From an uncultured Bacteroidales bacterium (GTDB taxonomy: Bacteria > Bacteroidota > Bacteroidia > Bacteroidales > JAAUTT01): 59,680 nt of DNA. Shown here one piece after another: positions 29,174 through 38,831 of the stretch. The position numbers and the translations under genes were made by a program. The notes below the pieces were generated by a model, which worked only from the letters and a program-made list of their open reading frames with translations, searched no databases and was not told where the DNA came from. Location of the stretch: NCBI GenBank assembly GCA_964478555.1, contig CAYZNC010000001.1, forward strand, positions 1 to 59,680. The letters run 5' to 3'. Position 1 is the stretch's first letter; the number at the start of each line of letters is the position of its first letter.

Positions 29174-30934
29174 ATGAAAAGTTTTCTGAAGTATACATTA
29201 GCCACAATAGTTGGCGTTTTAATTTCTTCGTTAATTCTGTTTTTAATTTTTTTGGCTATTATCGGCGGTATTATTGCTTCAAGCGGAAAAGAGGTTACCG
29301 TAAAATCCAATTCTATTTTACATATTAAATTGGATAAGCCAATTCCGGAGAGGACTTCAGATAATCCTTTTGCCAATTTTAACTTTAAGAATTTTAAACT
29401 TACCACCACTTTAGGATTGAAGGATATTGTTGATAATATCCAAAAAGCTAAAACAGATCCTAATATAAAAGGTATTTATCTGGATTTGAGCATGATGCTT
29501 ACAGGTTGGGGAACTATTGAGGAGATTCGTAATGCTTTGCTGGATTTTAAAACTTCTAAGAAATTTATTGTAAGTTATGCCGATTATTATACCAAAGGCG
29601 CTTATTATCTGGCCAGTGTTGCAGACAGTATATTTCTTAATCCGCAGGGTGAAATAGTTTTTAATGGTATGCGTTCGGAAGTAATGTTTTACAAAGGTAC
29701 ATTTGATAAACTTGGAGTTGAAGCTGAGGTTATACGACACGGCAAATTCAAAAGCGCTGTGGAACCTTATATTTCGGACCATATGAGTGATGAAAACCGT
29801 CAACAGTTGAATACATTGCTATCGGCTTTTTGGAATCATTTATTGGAAGGTGTTTCCAAGCAACGGCATATTCAGGTTAAGTCACTTGACAAGATGGCTG
29901 AAGACTTAACCATCAGAAATGGTAAGAGTGCTTTTGATAACAAGCTAATTGATGGTTTGAGATATAAAGACCAAATCCTTGAACGATTAGCTAAACTTTC
30001 CGGTGTTGCATCGTCAAAAAAACTGGAATTGATTGAAATCGGGCAATATAATAAAACGGTAAAACCAAAGAAAGACGATGAAAACAAAGTAGCACTGATA
30101 TATGCATCCGGAGAAATAAATATGGGACAGAGTGATGAGGAAAATATTGGCGCTGAAAGCCTTTCTAAAACCATCCGGGCAGCTCGTGAGGATTCATCTA
30201 TAAAAGTTATTGTTCTTCGCATCAATTCTCCCGGCGGAAGTTCTTTGGCTTCAGATATTATATGGAGAGAACTTGATTTGGCAAGAAAAGTGAAGCCATT
30301 AATAGTTTCGATGGGCTCCGTGGCTGCATCAGGCGGATATTATATAGCAACACCAGCAGATACCATCGTTGCTGATCCAACTACTATTACCGGATCTATT
30401 GGAGTATTCGGAATACTTTTCAACGCGCAAAGCTTTTTTAAAAATAAACTAGGGATCACTACGGATGTAGCCCAAACCAATAAACATGCCAATTTAGGCA
30501 CTATTTTCCGCCCGCTCACAACGGAAGAAAAAGGCTTTATTCAGGAAGAGGTCGAAAATATTTACGATGTTTTTCTAACCCGGGTTGCCGAAGGAAGAAA
30601 ATTATCAAAGGCAAAAGTTGATTCCATAGGACAGGGAAGGGTGTGGGGTGCACAAGATGCGCTAAGGCTTGGCTTGGTAAATACGATTGGCGGATTGGAT
30701 AAAGCCATCGAAATTGCTGCTAGGAAAGTGCATCTGAAAACATACCAAATTGTGGAACTTCCTAAGCAGGAGAGTCCTTTTGAAAGCCTGCTCAGCGACT
30801 TCTCGTCTAAAATAAGAGCCAACATCATCAAATCTGAGCTTGGGGATGAACAGGCTATTTATTTAAACATCAAAAAAATTATGGATCAAAATGGAATACA
30901 AACCCGTATGCCATTTAATATCGATATCTATTAG
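29174..30934 (+). CDS. sppA: Signal peptide peptidase SppA, 67K type (two S49 repeats)
   Basis: 586 aa. N-terminal TM anchor. Two S49-like halves. VLRINSPGGS and GSVAASGGYYIA regions. Confidence 0.9.
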   Translation: MKSFLKYTLATIVGVLISSLILFLIFLAIIGGIIASSGKEVTVKSNSILHIKLDKPIPERTSDNPFANFNFKNFKLTTTLGLKDIVDNIQKAKTDPNIKGIYLDLSMMLTGWGTIEEIRNALLDFKTSKKFIVSYADYYTKGAYYLASVADSIFLNPQGEIVFNGMRSEVMFYKGTFDKLGVEAEVIRHGKFKSAVEPYISDHMSDENRQQLNTLLSAFWNHLLEGVSKQRHIQVKSLDKMAEDLTIRNGKSAFDNKLIDGLRYKDQILERLAKLSGVASSKKLELIEIGQYNKTVKPKKDDENKVALIYASGEINMGQSDEENIGAESLSKTIRAAREDSSIKVIVLRINSPGGSSLASDIIWRELDLARKVKPLIVSMGSVAASGGYYIATPADTIVADPTTITGSIGVFGILFNAQSFFKNKLGITTDVAQTNKHANLGTIFRPLTTEEKGFIQEEVENIYDVFLTRVAEGRKLSKAKVDSIGQGRVWGAQDALRLGLVNTIGGLDKAIEIAARKVHLKTYQIVELPKQESPFESLLSDFSSKIRANIIKSELGDEQAIYLNIKKIMDQNGIQTRMPFNIDIY

Positions 30935-31120
30935 TGTATTAACTTCTGAAATATTTAACGCAAACTGTATTATATTGTTAAGATAAGTCTGGCAATGGTG
31001 TGTTAATTTTAGTGTAAGAATTAATGCATTTCGTCAAAAAAATTAAGCAAAATAATTTTAGTCACGTACTATAAGCATTTCCTCGTTTCGGATTTTAACT
31101 TAGTCATTTTTAGGAAATTT

Positions 31121-32431
31121 ATGGTTACTAAAATTTGTTGTTTGATTTCAAAGTTTTGCTTTGGGGCAATCTTATTTTTTATGGTTTCGTGTGAAGGACC
31201 AGCAGGACTCCCCGGAGAAGATGCCAATGAAAGTTGCAAATTATGCCACAACCCCAATGTCGTAGACCTGGTTAGCGCCCAATATGAACTTTCCAAACAT
31301 GCAAGAGGCGATGCTTCTTTTACTGAAACAGGCAATGTTTCCTGTGCCCCTTGTCACGAATCAACCGGATTTAAATTTGTTTGTACCAATAATATACCTG
31401 CAACATTTACCCTTAATTCCGCCACAGGTAAGTATGTTAATGATTATTTTACATCCGATAGTACAACCTATGGCACATTCACTTGTAACACATGCCATAG
31501 TAATTTACATAAATCCTACGACAAAACAGATTTTTACCCGTTCACAACTACTGCCCCTGTTAACATGACTATGTGGGCAGGTGCTAAAACTATTGATATT
31601 ACTCAAGAAAACAGCAAAAGTAACCTTTGCATAAAATGCCATCAACCTCGCCCGGCTACAACTAGTTCAACTTTGTCTGATGGCAATATTGTTGATTATA
31701 CCTATTTGGTTGCCCATCCTTCAGAAGTTTATTACGATTCAGCTGTTGGAAATGCTAAGCCAAATAAGCTCATACCAAGTTATCGTACAGGTATACATTA
31801 TGGTTCGGTTGGTGCAATATTCGCTGGTAAAGGGGGTGTTGAATTTACCGGTTCTGTGCCATCTTACGAGAGTTCTGAACATACTTCCACTTCGTCATGT
31901 CAGGATTGTCACATGGCTAAAATTACAGGTGGGGCAGGGGGGCATACCTTTAATGCAAAAGGAAATTTCGGAGGATGCAATGTTTCAGGATGTCACAGCG
32001 ATGACCCTATGAATAGCACATCATCTGAACTTGTAAATGTTCAGAATGAAATCAGAACGCTACTTGAATTATTAGCCTCTAAATTAAAATCAGGAGGCGT
32101 TGAAATTCTACATCAGGACCCCGATGTTACAACAAACTTATGGTATGGAATAACCACTAAAAATTATGATGGGAACTTAAATATATATGATCCCTCAAGC
32201 AATCCTGGCGGAACCTTTCAAAACCCGGCTCCGGCAAAAACCTGGACTACCGGTCAGATAACCACCAATAAAGCGCTACGAAAATTTACTTCATTGAAGG
32301 ATGTTCAATTAGGCGCTATCCTTAACTTTCAATTGTGTTTAAGAGACTATAGTTTGGGTGTTCATAATTACGCCTACGCAAAAGCGCTTTTAACAAATTC
32401 AATTGATGCATTAACCGTTGCTGGTTTTTAA
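31121..32431 (+). CDS. Multihaem c-type cytochrome lipoprotein
   Basis: 436 aa. Lipoprotein signal ILFFMVSC. Five CxxCH motifs (CKLCH, CAPCH, CNTCH, CIKCH, CQDCH) plus one CX4CH (CNVSGCH). Confidence 0.85.
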   Translation: MVTKICCLISKFCFGAILFFMVSCEGPAGLPGEDANESCKLCHNPNVVDLVSAQYELSKHARGDASFTETGNVSCAPCHESTGFKFVCTNNIPATFTLNSATGKYVNDYFTSDSTTYGTFTCNTCHSNLHKSYDKTDFYPFTTTAPVNMTMWAGAKTIDITQENSKSNLCIKCHQPRPATTSSTLSDGNIVDYTYLVAHPSEVYYDSAVGNAKPNKLIPSYRTGIHYGSVGAIFAGKGGVEFTGSVPSYESSEHTSTSSCQDCHMAKITGGAGGHTFNAKGNFGGCNVSGCHSDDPMNSTSSELVNVQNEIRTLLELLASKLKSGGVEILHQDPDVTTNLWYGITTKNYDGNLNIYDPSSNPGGTFQNPAPAKTWTTGQITTNKALRKFTSLKDVQLGAILNFQLCLRDYSLGVHNYAYAKALLTNSIDALTVAGF

Positions 32432-32494
32432 GTCATTTCAGGCAGAAATGATAGTAAAATTCAGCAACGAATTTAAACTAAATGTATAAATAAA

Positions 32495-33979
32495 ATGACG
32501 TTAAAATGTAAACTTTTGGTATTGGTTATAGTTCCACTATTGATTTGCACAACCGTTGCAGTATTAATTTCATCTTTTAAAATTAGAAAACAGGGTGTGG
32601 ACGGACTTGAAGATAAGAGTGCCTCCATACTTTCGTTGAGCATTCAGGAATTTGTTACACATCATAAAGATTATTCGAGCATTTTTGAAAATGATGATAA
32701 GAAATCTTCAACCCAAAATACAGCCTTATTAACGCAAAATTATAAATTCAGAATTTCATCATTGGATCCTGGGAACAAAGTCCATTTGGCTTTGGAAAAG
32801 GATAAAAAATTTATCGGGCAGTTTGAAAAGGAAAGGTGTAAAGAATTAACATATATCGATAAAGATTCGAATCTGATTTCTGTAATGCGGCCTGTTTTCA
32901 TGGAGAAATCCAAAGGATGCCTTGAATGTCATGGTACAAAAGAAGATAAGTTGAATGCAAATGCTGACAGTAAGTTAAGAGGTATGTTTATTATTACTTC
33001 ATCCATGGATCAAGTCAACAAACAAACAAACTCCGCCATATTACAGATTAGTATTATTGGATTTATCATACTGGTTATTGCGGTTGTTCTTGGATATATT
33101 TATGTAGTAAAGATCAATTCAGCTATAAAACAAATAAATAATGTTAGTAAGTGCCTGTCCGAAGGCGACCTCACGGAGAAAGTGGATATTCAGTCAAATG
33201 ACGAACTCGGCGAATTAGGTGATTATATCAACTCGATGATTCATTCAATAAGCAAAGTACTGATTGGCGTGAAGATTGCAGCTGATAAGTTAACGGTATC
33301 AACCAAAGAAATTGCAAGTACTGCCAACACTATTTCCCAAAGCGCCAGTGAATCGGCTGCATCCATTGAAGAAGTATCTTCTACAATGGAAGAAATTACT
33401 GCTCATATTGAGATCAATAGCCAAAATGCAAATCAGGCAAAAACGATATCGGAAAATGCAAACTATGGAATGATCGAAGTTAGGGAACAATCTGGGATAG
33501 CAGTGGAAGCTAATAAATCAATTGCGGATAAAATAAAATTAATAAACGATATAGCTTTTCATACTAATTTGCTTGCTCTTAACGCAGCAGTAGAAGCTGC
33601 CCGAGCTGGAGAACATGGGCGCGGATTTGCCGTAGTTGCTGCCGAAGTACGAAAACTGGCCGAAAATAGCAGGAAGGCTGCCGATGAAATACATACTTTA
33701 TCCGGAAAATGTTTGGCTCAGGCTGAACATGCAGCTAATAAGATGTTATGTCTTATGCCCGAACTTGAAAGCACTGCCAAAATGGTGCATGAAATATCAG
33801 TGGCAAGTAAGGAGCAAACACAAGGTTCGGTCCAAATAAGCGGTACCATTGTTCAGCTAACTTCTGCTACACAGCAAAATGCTTCCGCAAGTGAAGAACT
33901 ATCCTCAAGTGCCGATCAAATTGCCCACCAGGCTGAGCACCTTAGAGAACTGATATCATTTTTCAGACTTGACAATTAG
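32495..33979 (+). CDS. Methyl-accepting chemotaxis protein with periplasmic haem-c (CxxCH) sensor domain and HAMP
   Basis: 494 aa. TM1 [18 protein letters not shown]. Periplasmic domain with CLECH (nt 32918-32932) in a context resembling Tll0287-like/DUF3365 haem sensors. TM2 [23 protein letters not shown] ([10 protein letters not shown]...[13 protein letters not shown]). MCP hairpin tip [35 protein letters not shown]. Confidence 0.88.
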   Translation: MTLKCKLLVLVIVPLLICTTVAVLISSFKIRKQGVDGLEDKSASILSLSIQEFVTHHKDYSSIFENDDKKSSTQNTALLTQNYKFRISSLDPGNKVHLALEKDKKFIGQFEKERCKELTYIDKDSNLISVMRPVFMEKSKGCLECHGTKEDKLNANADSKLRGMFIITSSMDQVNKQTNSAILQISIIGFIILVIAVVLGYIYVVKINSAIKQINNVSKCLSEGDLTEKVDIQSNDELGELGDYINSMIHSISKVLIGVKIAADKLTVSTKEIASTANTISQSASESAASIEEVSSTMEEITAHIEINSQNANQAKTISENANYGMIEVREQSGIAVEANKSIADKIKLINDIAFHTNLLALNAAVEAARAGEHGRGFAVVAAEVRKLAENSRKAADEIHTLSGKCLAQAEHAANKMLCLMPELESTAKMVHEISVASKEQTQGSVQISGTIVQLTSATQQNASASEELSSSADQIAHQAEHLRELISFFRLDN

Positions 33980-33985
33980 GAGTGG

Positions 33986-34708
33986 TTAATGAATGATGGT
34001 TGCATCTTCCAACAGAACTTCATAAAAATAGCCATAGCCAAAATCTTTGTTTACTGCCACTAAGCCTTGCATTATAATAGTATCTCCTATGGACACCGAG
34101 GCTTTAGTTGAAATTACCAAATCAAATTTACCTGCGTATTCGGTACCATCCTGAAGATGAACCCAATTTTTCTTCATGATGTCAGCACTAAACCTTGTTA
34201 CAATTCCTGATAATTTAACCATTTTGCCAGCATAAAGAGCTTTTTTGGCGTACAGTTCGGAAAGGGTTATCCTCCCATTTATAGATTTTATATGAATGGT
34301 GATTCTCTTTAGATTGTACGCATTTATATTTATATGCTTTTCTATGCTTTGTTGTTTCTGTGCTAAGGCCGGGGTAGTAATCAAATTCTCTTTATCGTTG
34401 CTAAGACCTTCAAGAAAAAGAATTTGTTTAAAGGTCCGCTTCAATTCTTTACTTGCAAAATTATACATGATCAATCCACCCTGATAATAATAAGCTCCTC
34501 CAATTTTTATATTAGCATGAGGAATAGCAATCCATATATCAGTGTCGTTTTCAGATGCAAGGACAAAGGTATAATCATTTGAACCAATTGATTCTTTGAT
34601 AATTACCGTGTGAGTATCAAGCGGAATAGCGCCATTTTTATTTGAAAAAAAATTTTCACAGGCAGCCAGGATTAAAATAAAGCCTGTAAATACCATTATT
34701 TTTTTCAT
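33986..34708 (-). CDS. Hypothetical two-module lipoprotein (second module OB-fold-like)
   Basis: The ATG at 34708 gives the lipoprotein signal MKKIMVFTGFILILAAC and overlaps the upstream stop as ATGA (34705-34708). The C-terminal module is GKMVKLSGIVTRFSADIMKKNWVHLQDGT...DFGYGYFYEVLLEDA. Function unknown. Confidence 0.6.
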   Translation of the reverse strand: MKKIMVFTGFILILAACENFFSNKNGAIPLDTHTVIIKESIGSNDYTFVLASENDTDIWIAIPHANIKIGGAYYYQGGLIMYNFASKELKRTFKQILFLEGLSNDKENLITTPALAQKQQSIEKHININAYNLKRITIHIKSINGRITLSELYAKKALYAGKMVKLSGIVTRFSADIMKKNWVHLQDGTEYAGKFDLVISTKASVSIGDTIIMQGLVAVNKDFGYGYFYEVLLEDATIIH

Positions 34709-35118
34709 TTTCTTAGCGTGCGCATATAATTTACCAGATTCCAAATGTCGGAATCATCAATTTTATGCTCGTATTTTGGCATTTCATTTCTTCCGAATTT
34801 GGATTGATAAAATAGTATGCCATCAGATTGGCTTTGAAATTCAGCACTTGAAAAATCGCCCGGAAATGTTTCCAGATTTTTGGATTTAATGCCATCGCCT
34901 AATCCTGTTTTACCGTGACACGACGCACAATTTTTTCGATACAACCCTTCTCCTGCCTGTATACTGGCGTCCGACGATTTAACGACATTCTTCATTGTCT
35001 TGTAATTTTCAGGTATTTTCCATGGTTTACCTTTAGGTGGTTGAGCCGTGATCATTGCCATGAGTAAAATAACTGAGCTTGCTGTCAAGAGTGCTGCCAA
35101 AGTTGTCTTCATCTTCAT
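34705..35118 (-). CDS. Class I monohaem cytochrome c
   Basis: 137 aa. Signal peptide. CASCHGKTGLGDG haem site. Downstream Met-containing region (GRNEMPKY) typical of the distal ligand loop. Confidence 0.85.
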   Translation of the reverse strand: MKMKTTLAALLTASSVILLMAMITAQPPKGKPWKIPENYKTMKNVVKSSDASIQAGEGLYRKNCASCHGKTGLGDGIKSKNLETFPGDFSSAEFQSQSDGILFYQSKFGRNEMPKYEHKIDDSDIWNLVNYMRTLRK

Positions 35119-35204
35119 ATTTTTTAGTTTAAGGAATGTTGGAACCGCTTATACTTTATGAATATGCGTTTACGTCTTGGTAATTGCATGAGTTTCACTA
35201 ATTG

Positions 35205-36095
35205 TTAGAACTTAACATTTATATTAAAAGCGAACATATAATTTTTGGAAAAATGCTTTGTAAAAGGGTCATTATCGTTATATACAAGATTTTGCTGGCC
35301 TATAATTCCCTGATAATTCGTTATAAAAATTTGAAATGCATGGGTAGCTGTTCCTATTTCCAAACCTAATGCAAGGTTTGGTTTTGATTCTACCCTGGCA
35401 GTTAACGGTTGGTCATACTCAAATAAGATCGATTTTGAGTCCCAAATTTTCACCCTTCCACCGAAAGTAATGCCGTAATTTATATTCTTATGAAGTGTGT
35501 CCACTGAATTATAGTATACGAACTGAGGAGCAAGTTGTAACGAAACTGCATCGTCGAATTTTCGGGCAATCATAAATTCAGTAAGATAGGAAAACCTGTG
35601 TATGAACCTATAAGTGGTTTTTGGTGGAAAGAAAGCCTTGTCGCGTGCATCTAAAACAACATTGCCGAAATAGCTGATTGAAACTGGTTTGGAGTCTGAG
35701 CGGTTTTGTTTTAATAATGAAACTTTCCAGTTTAAATCCTGAAGTTTATTATACATAGTTGTTCCGCAACCAACCATTATTTTGTCTGTAAGTCCATAAT
35801 TTATAGCAATTCGGGTATTGGCAGCTCCATAAATACCATAAATATCACTTATCCCATTTTCCATAGAAGAGAAGCGATGTTGTATGTTTAATTCAAGCAT
35901 TTTTTTAAAAGGACTCATCACTGATGGGGTCTCTACTAAAATACCTGCTGAAAATGTTGATTTTACAGGCAGATTCCCCGTTTCTTCCTTACCATCCTGT
36001 CCAAAGCATAATAAAGAACCAGACAAAACGGCAATTGTCAAGTTAGCCCGGATTGCAAATTTTCTCAAAAGATTATAATTTTTAATCATTTCCAA
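35205..36095 (-). CDS. Small outer-membrane beta-barrel protein (DUF5777-like)
   Basis: 296 aa. Signal peptide. Alternating hydrophobic strands throughout. Motif THAFQIFITNYQG. C-terminal NINVKF with terminal Phe, typical of OM barrels. Confidence 0.6.
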   Translation of the reverse strand: MEMIKNYNLLRKFAIRANLTIAVLSGSLLCFGQDGKEETGNLPVKSTFSAGILVETPSVMSPFKKMLELNIQHRFSSMENGISDIYGIYGAANTRIAINYGLTDKIMVGCGTTMYNKLQDLNWKVSLLKQNRSDSKPVSISYFGNVVLDARDKAFFPPKTTYRFIHRFSYLTEFMIARKFDDAVSLQLAPQFVYYNSVDTLHKNINYGITFGGRVKIWDSKSILFEYDQPLTARVESKPNLALGLEIGTATHAFQIFITNYQGIIGQQNLVYNDNDPFTKHFSKNYMFAFNINVKF

Positions 36096-36102
36096 CCTGT
36101 TT

Positions 36103-36465
36103 TTAATTATTCCTGGCCCCTTGTTTTATCCATTGCAAAATTTTCTGCAATTGATCCGGACTTACTCTGGAAGAATGTGAATTATCTGTTTTTAGCTTAA
36201 CATACAGTATACTCTGGGCAGGGTATTTAATATTAACATAATTGCCATCTTTGAGTGTTTGATAAGGGTTATCTTTCAAATTTGGAGACTTTAACCCATC
36301 GTGGCAACCAGTGCATACCGTAAAAATTGGTAGAATATCTCTTGAAAACTTTATACTATCAGCTTCAGATAACGGATTGTCTTGTAGTGTAACCCTTTCA
36401 CAAGAATTGTAAAAAAAAATGTTCCATAATATAATAGAGAATACAAGGCCTCTCTTAAAACTCAT
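36103..36465 (-). CDS. Small lipoprotein with a CxxCH haem-binding motif (PSCyt-like context)
   Basis: 120 aa. Lipoprotein signal IFFYNSC. ILPIFTVCTGCHDG. First gene of the four-gene minus-strand cluster, 7 nt upstream of the barrel gene. Confidence 0.6.
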   Translation of the reverse strand: MSFKRGLVFSIILWNIFFYNSCERVTLQDNPLSEADSIKFSRDILPIFTVCTGCHDGLKSPNLKDNPYQTLKDGNYVNIKYPAQSILYVKLKTDNSHSSRVSPDQLQKILQWIKQGARNN

Positions 36466-36847
36466 AAACCGTTCTCCTATAATTACTTTTCTTAGGTTTG
36501 ACGTTATCTCATAAAATTACTTCGTATAAAGTTAATTTTTTAGTTCAGAAAAATCAATCATTTCGGTGTAGATTTTCTCAATGAATTCAATAAAAGTAGA
36601 TGAATGCGTGAGAAATACCCATACCGTTACTTGCTACTCAGTACTTTTTTATATCTTGCAATGGTAAAATAAATTTATCGGAATTTAATTTTAAATGCTT
36701 TACAATAAATAACATAGAATTTAGCAAAAATATAAAGATGTGCTCTTCAGGGTATATCTTTTAATTATTTGGAACGAAAAGACATTTGTTGAACTACAAT
36801 GTTATCGTAGGCTCAGGAAATTAGGAAAAAAATTTACATTAAATATT

Positions 36848-37939
36848 ATGCATCCGTTAATTAAACTGTTATTATTGCCTTTTGCTTTATTGTACGGACT
36901 AATTATATTTTTTAGAAATCAATTATATAATTATAAAATATTTAAATCGAAAGAGTTTCATTTACCGGTAATTTCGGTAGGTAATATTACCGTGGGTGGA
37001 ACTGGTAAAACGCCACACACTGAATATCTGATACGTTTGTTAAAAGGCAATTACAATGTGGCTTTTTTAAGCAGAGGTTATAAGCGCAAAACCAGAAATT
37101 TTATTGTTGCCACAGAAAATTCATCTGCTGAAGTAATTGGGGATGAACCCTGCCAGATCAAACATAAATTTCCTGAATTAACTGTAGCTGTTGACCGCAA
37201 CCGTGTAAATGGTATCGAAAAGTTGACAGAGAATATACCTGAGCTTGATGTCATATTGCTGGATGATGCGTATCAGCACAGAGCTGTGATCCCCGGAGTG
37301 AATATCCTGTTAATTAATTACAACCAGCCTATTCAGGAGGATTTCATGTTGCCTTACGGCAGACTGCGGGAACCAGCATCACAGCGAAAGAGAGCTAATA
37401 TCATCATTATTTCTAAAGTTCCCCGAAATATCACAGCTATGGATAAACGTCTTCTTTTGATGAATGTTGCAGCTCAATCTCATCAAACTGTTTATTTTAC
37501 AACGATTGCATATGGAAGTTTACAACCCGTTTTTTCTTTACCAAAAGCAATAACGAAACCCGATTTAACAAATAAAGAATTGACGGTGGTGTTGTTAACC
37601 GGGATTGCTGATCCTTCCTTATTGATCAAAGAGCTTACCGTTTCTTGTAAAGAAGTTATCCCCTTCAGTTTTCCAGATCACTATGTCTTTAAACAAACAG
37701 ACATAAACACGGTTGTTGAAAAATATAAAGCCATTGCCGGAAAACATAAAATTATAATGACCACTGAAAAAGATGCTGCCAGACTTGACTCATTTGATCT
37801 TGCTCAGAATATTCCGGAAGCATGGTTTTATATTCCAATTGAAATAGAGTTTTTATCAAACGATGCCGAACATTTTAATCAACAAATATTACATTATGTT
37901 AACAACAATAGCAAAAACAGTATCTTATATAAGAAGTAA
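36848..37939 (+). CDS. lpxK: Tetraacyldisaccharide 4'-kinase
   Basis: The ATG at 36848 (MHPLIKLLLLPFALLYG) gives the usual N-terminal membrane helix. The ORF-track start at 36740 is GTG with an implausible leader. P-loop VGNITVGGTGKTP. LSRGYKRK. Confidence 0.9.
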   Translation: MHPLIKLLLLPFALLYGLIIFFRNQLYNYKIFKSKEFHLPVISVGNITVGGTGKTPHTEYLIRLLKGNYNVAFLSRGYKRKTRNFIVATENSSAEVIGDEPCQIKHKFPELTVAVDRNRVNGIEKLTENIPELDVILLDDAYQHRAVIPGVNILLINYNQPIQEDFMLPYGRLREPASQRKRANIIIISKVPRNITAMDKRLLLMNVAAQSHQTVYFTTIAYGSLQPVFSLPKAITKPDLTNKELTVVLLTGIADPSLLIKELTVSCKEVIPFSFPDHYVFKQTDINTVVEKYKAIAGKHKIIMTTEKDAARLDSFDLAQNIPEAWFYIPIEIEFLSNDAEHFNQQILHYVNNNSKNSILYKK

Positions 37940-38702
37940 GACTGATTTCGTACCCGAGTTTGGTATTATTCTTGGCACAGGTCTGGGAGGACTTGTAAAA
38001 GAAATTAAACCCGAAATAATTCTGGAATATCAGGATATTCCTAATTTTCCCGTTTCAACAGTCGAAAGCCACCATGGTAAACTAATTTTTGGTCATCTGG
38101 ATGGAAAAAAAGTAATAGCCATGCAAGGCAGGTTTCATTTTTATGAGGGTTATTCCATGGAACAGGTTACTTTTCCGGTAAGAATAATGAAATCGCTTGG
38201 AATTCGTGCTTTATTCGTTTCCAACGCATGTGGAGGATTAAATCCTGATTACGAAATTGGTGATCTGATGATTTTGAGCGACCATATTAACATGTTACCC
38301 AATCCTTTAGTTGGCAAGAATTATCAGGAGCTTGGGCCTCGTTTTCCTGATATGAGTGAACCTTATAATAAGGAATTAATTGCAAAGGGTAAAGCCATAG
38401 GACAGAAACTCGGTTTCAAGGTACAGGTGGGAACTTATGTTGCTGTTACAGGGCCATCGCTTGAAACTCCAGCCGAATATGCTTTCCTTCGGACCATTGG
38501 AGCGGATGTTGTTGGTATGTCTACAGTACCAGAAGTAATTGTCGCAAATCATGCCGATATCCCTGTATTTGCTGTATCTATTATAACCGATCTTGGCGTC
38601 CCAGGGAAAATAAGAAAGGTTTCTCTGGCGGAAATATTAGCAGTTGCCGAAAAAGCCGAACCTAAAATGACAAGATTATTGAAGGAATTGATTGTTTCGT
38701 GA
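37896..38702 (+). CDS. punA: Purine nucleoside phosphorylase (trimeric inosine/guanosine type)
   Basis: The ATG at 37896 places about 22 aa before GIILGTGLGG, as in PunA-type enzymes. Motifs MQGRFHFYEGY, NACGGLN, VGMSTVPEV. It overlaps the lpxK 3' end by 44 nt. Confidence 0.88.
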   Translation: MLTTIAKTVSYIRSKTDFVPEFGIILGTGLGGLVKEIKPEIILEYQDIPNFPVSTVESHHGKLIFGHLDGKKVIAMQGRFHFYEGYSMEQVTFPVRIMKSLGIRALFVSNACGGLNPDYEIGDLMILSDHINMLPNPLVGKNYQELGPRFPDMSEPYNKELIAKGKAIGQKLGFKVQVGTYVAVTGPSLETPAEYAFLRTIGADVVGMSTVPEVIVANHADIPVFAVSIITDLGVPGKIRKVSLAEILAVAEKAEPKMTRLLKELIVS

Positions 38703-38770
38703 CAAAAAGAAAATGAATCTTTCCAGGATAATTAATTTTCGATGATTTTATCAAGTAATTAGTAAATTGT

Positions 38771-38813
38771 AAAAGAAAAAGCTGCAATAAAAAATCTTGC
38801 AGCTTTTTCTTTT
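38771..38813. terminator. Bidirectional intrinsic terminator between convergent genes
   Basis: Perfect 17-bp inverted repeat AAAAGAAAAAGCTGCAA (38771-38787) / TTGCAGCTTTTTCTTTT (38797-38813) with a 9-nt loop. The A/T runs give a U-tract on both strands. It lies between the punA stop and the protease stop. Confidence 0.8.
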
Positions 38814-38831
38814 AAATAATTAGTAATAAGG

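Noticed and set aside
29411-30225. 130-aa and 117-aa minus-strand ORFs
   Set aside because: Both are antisense inside sppA. No motifs and no signal.
31284-32012. 94-aa and 110-aa plus-strand ORFs overlapping the multihaem cytochrome gene in other frames
   Set aside because: The frame starting at 31121 carries the lipoprotein signal and all the CxxCH motifs. The alternative frames have no features.
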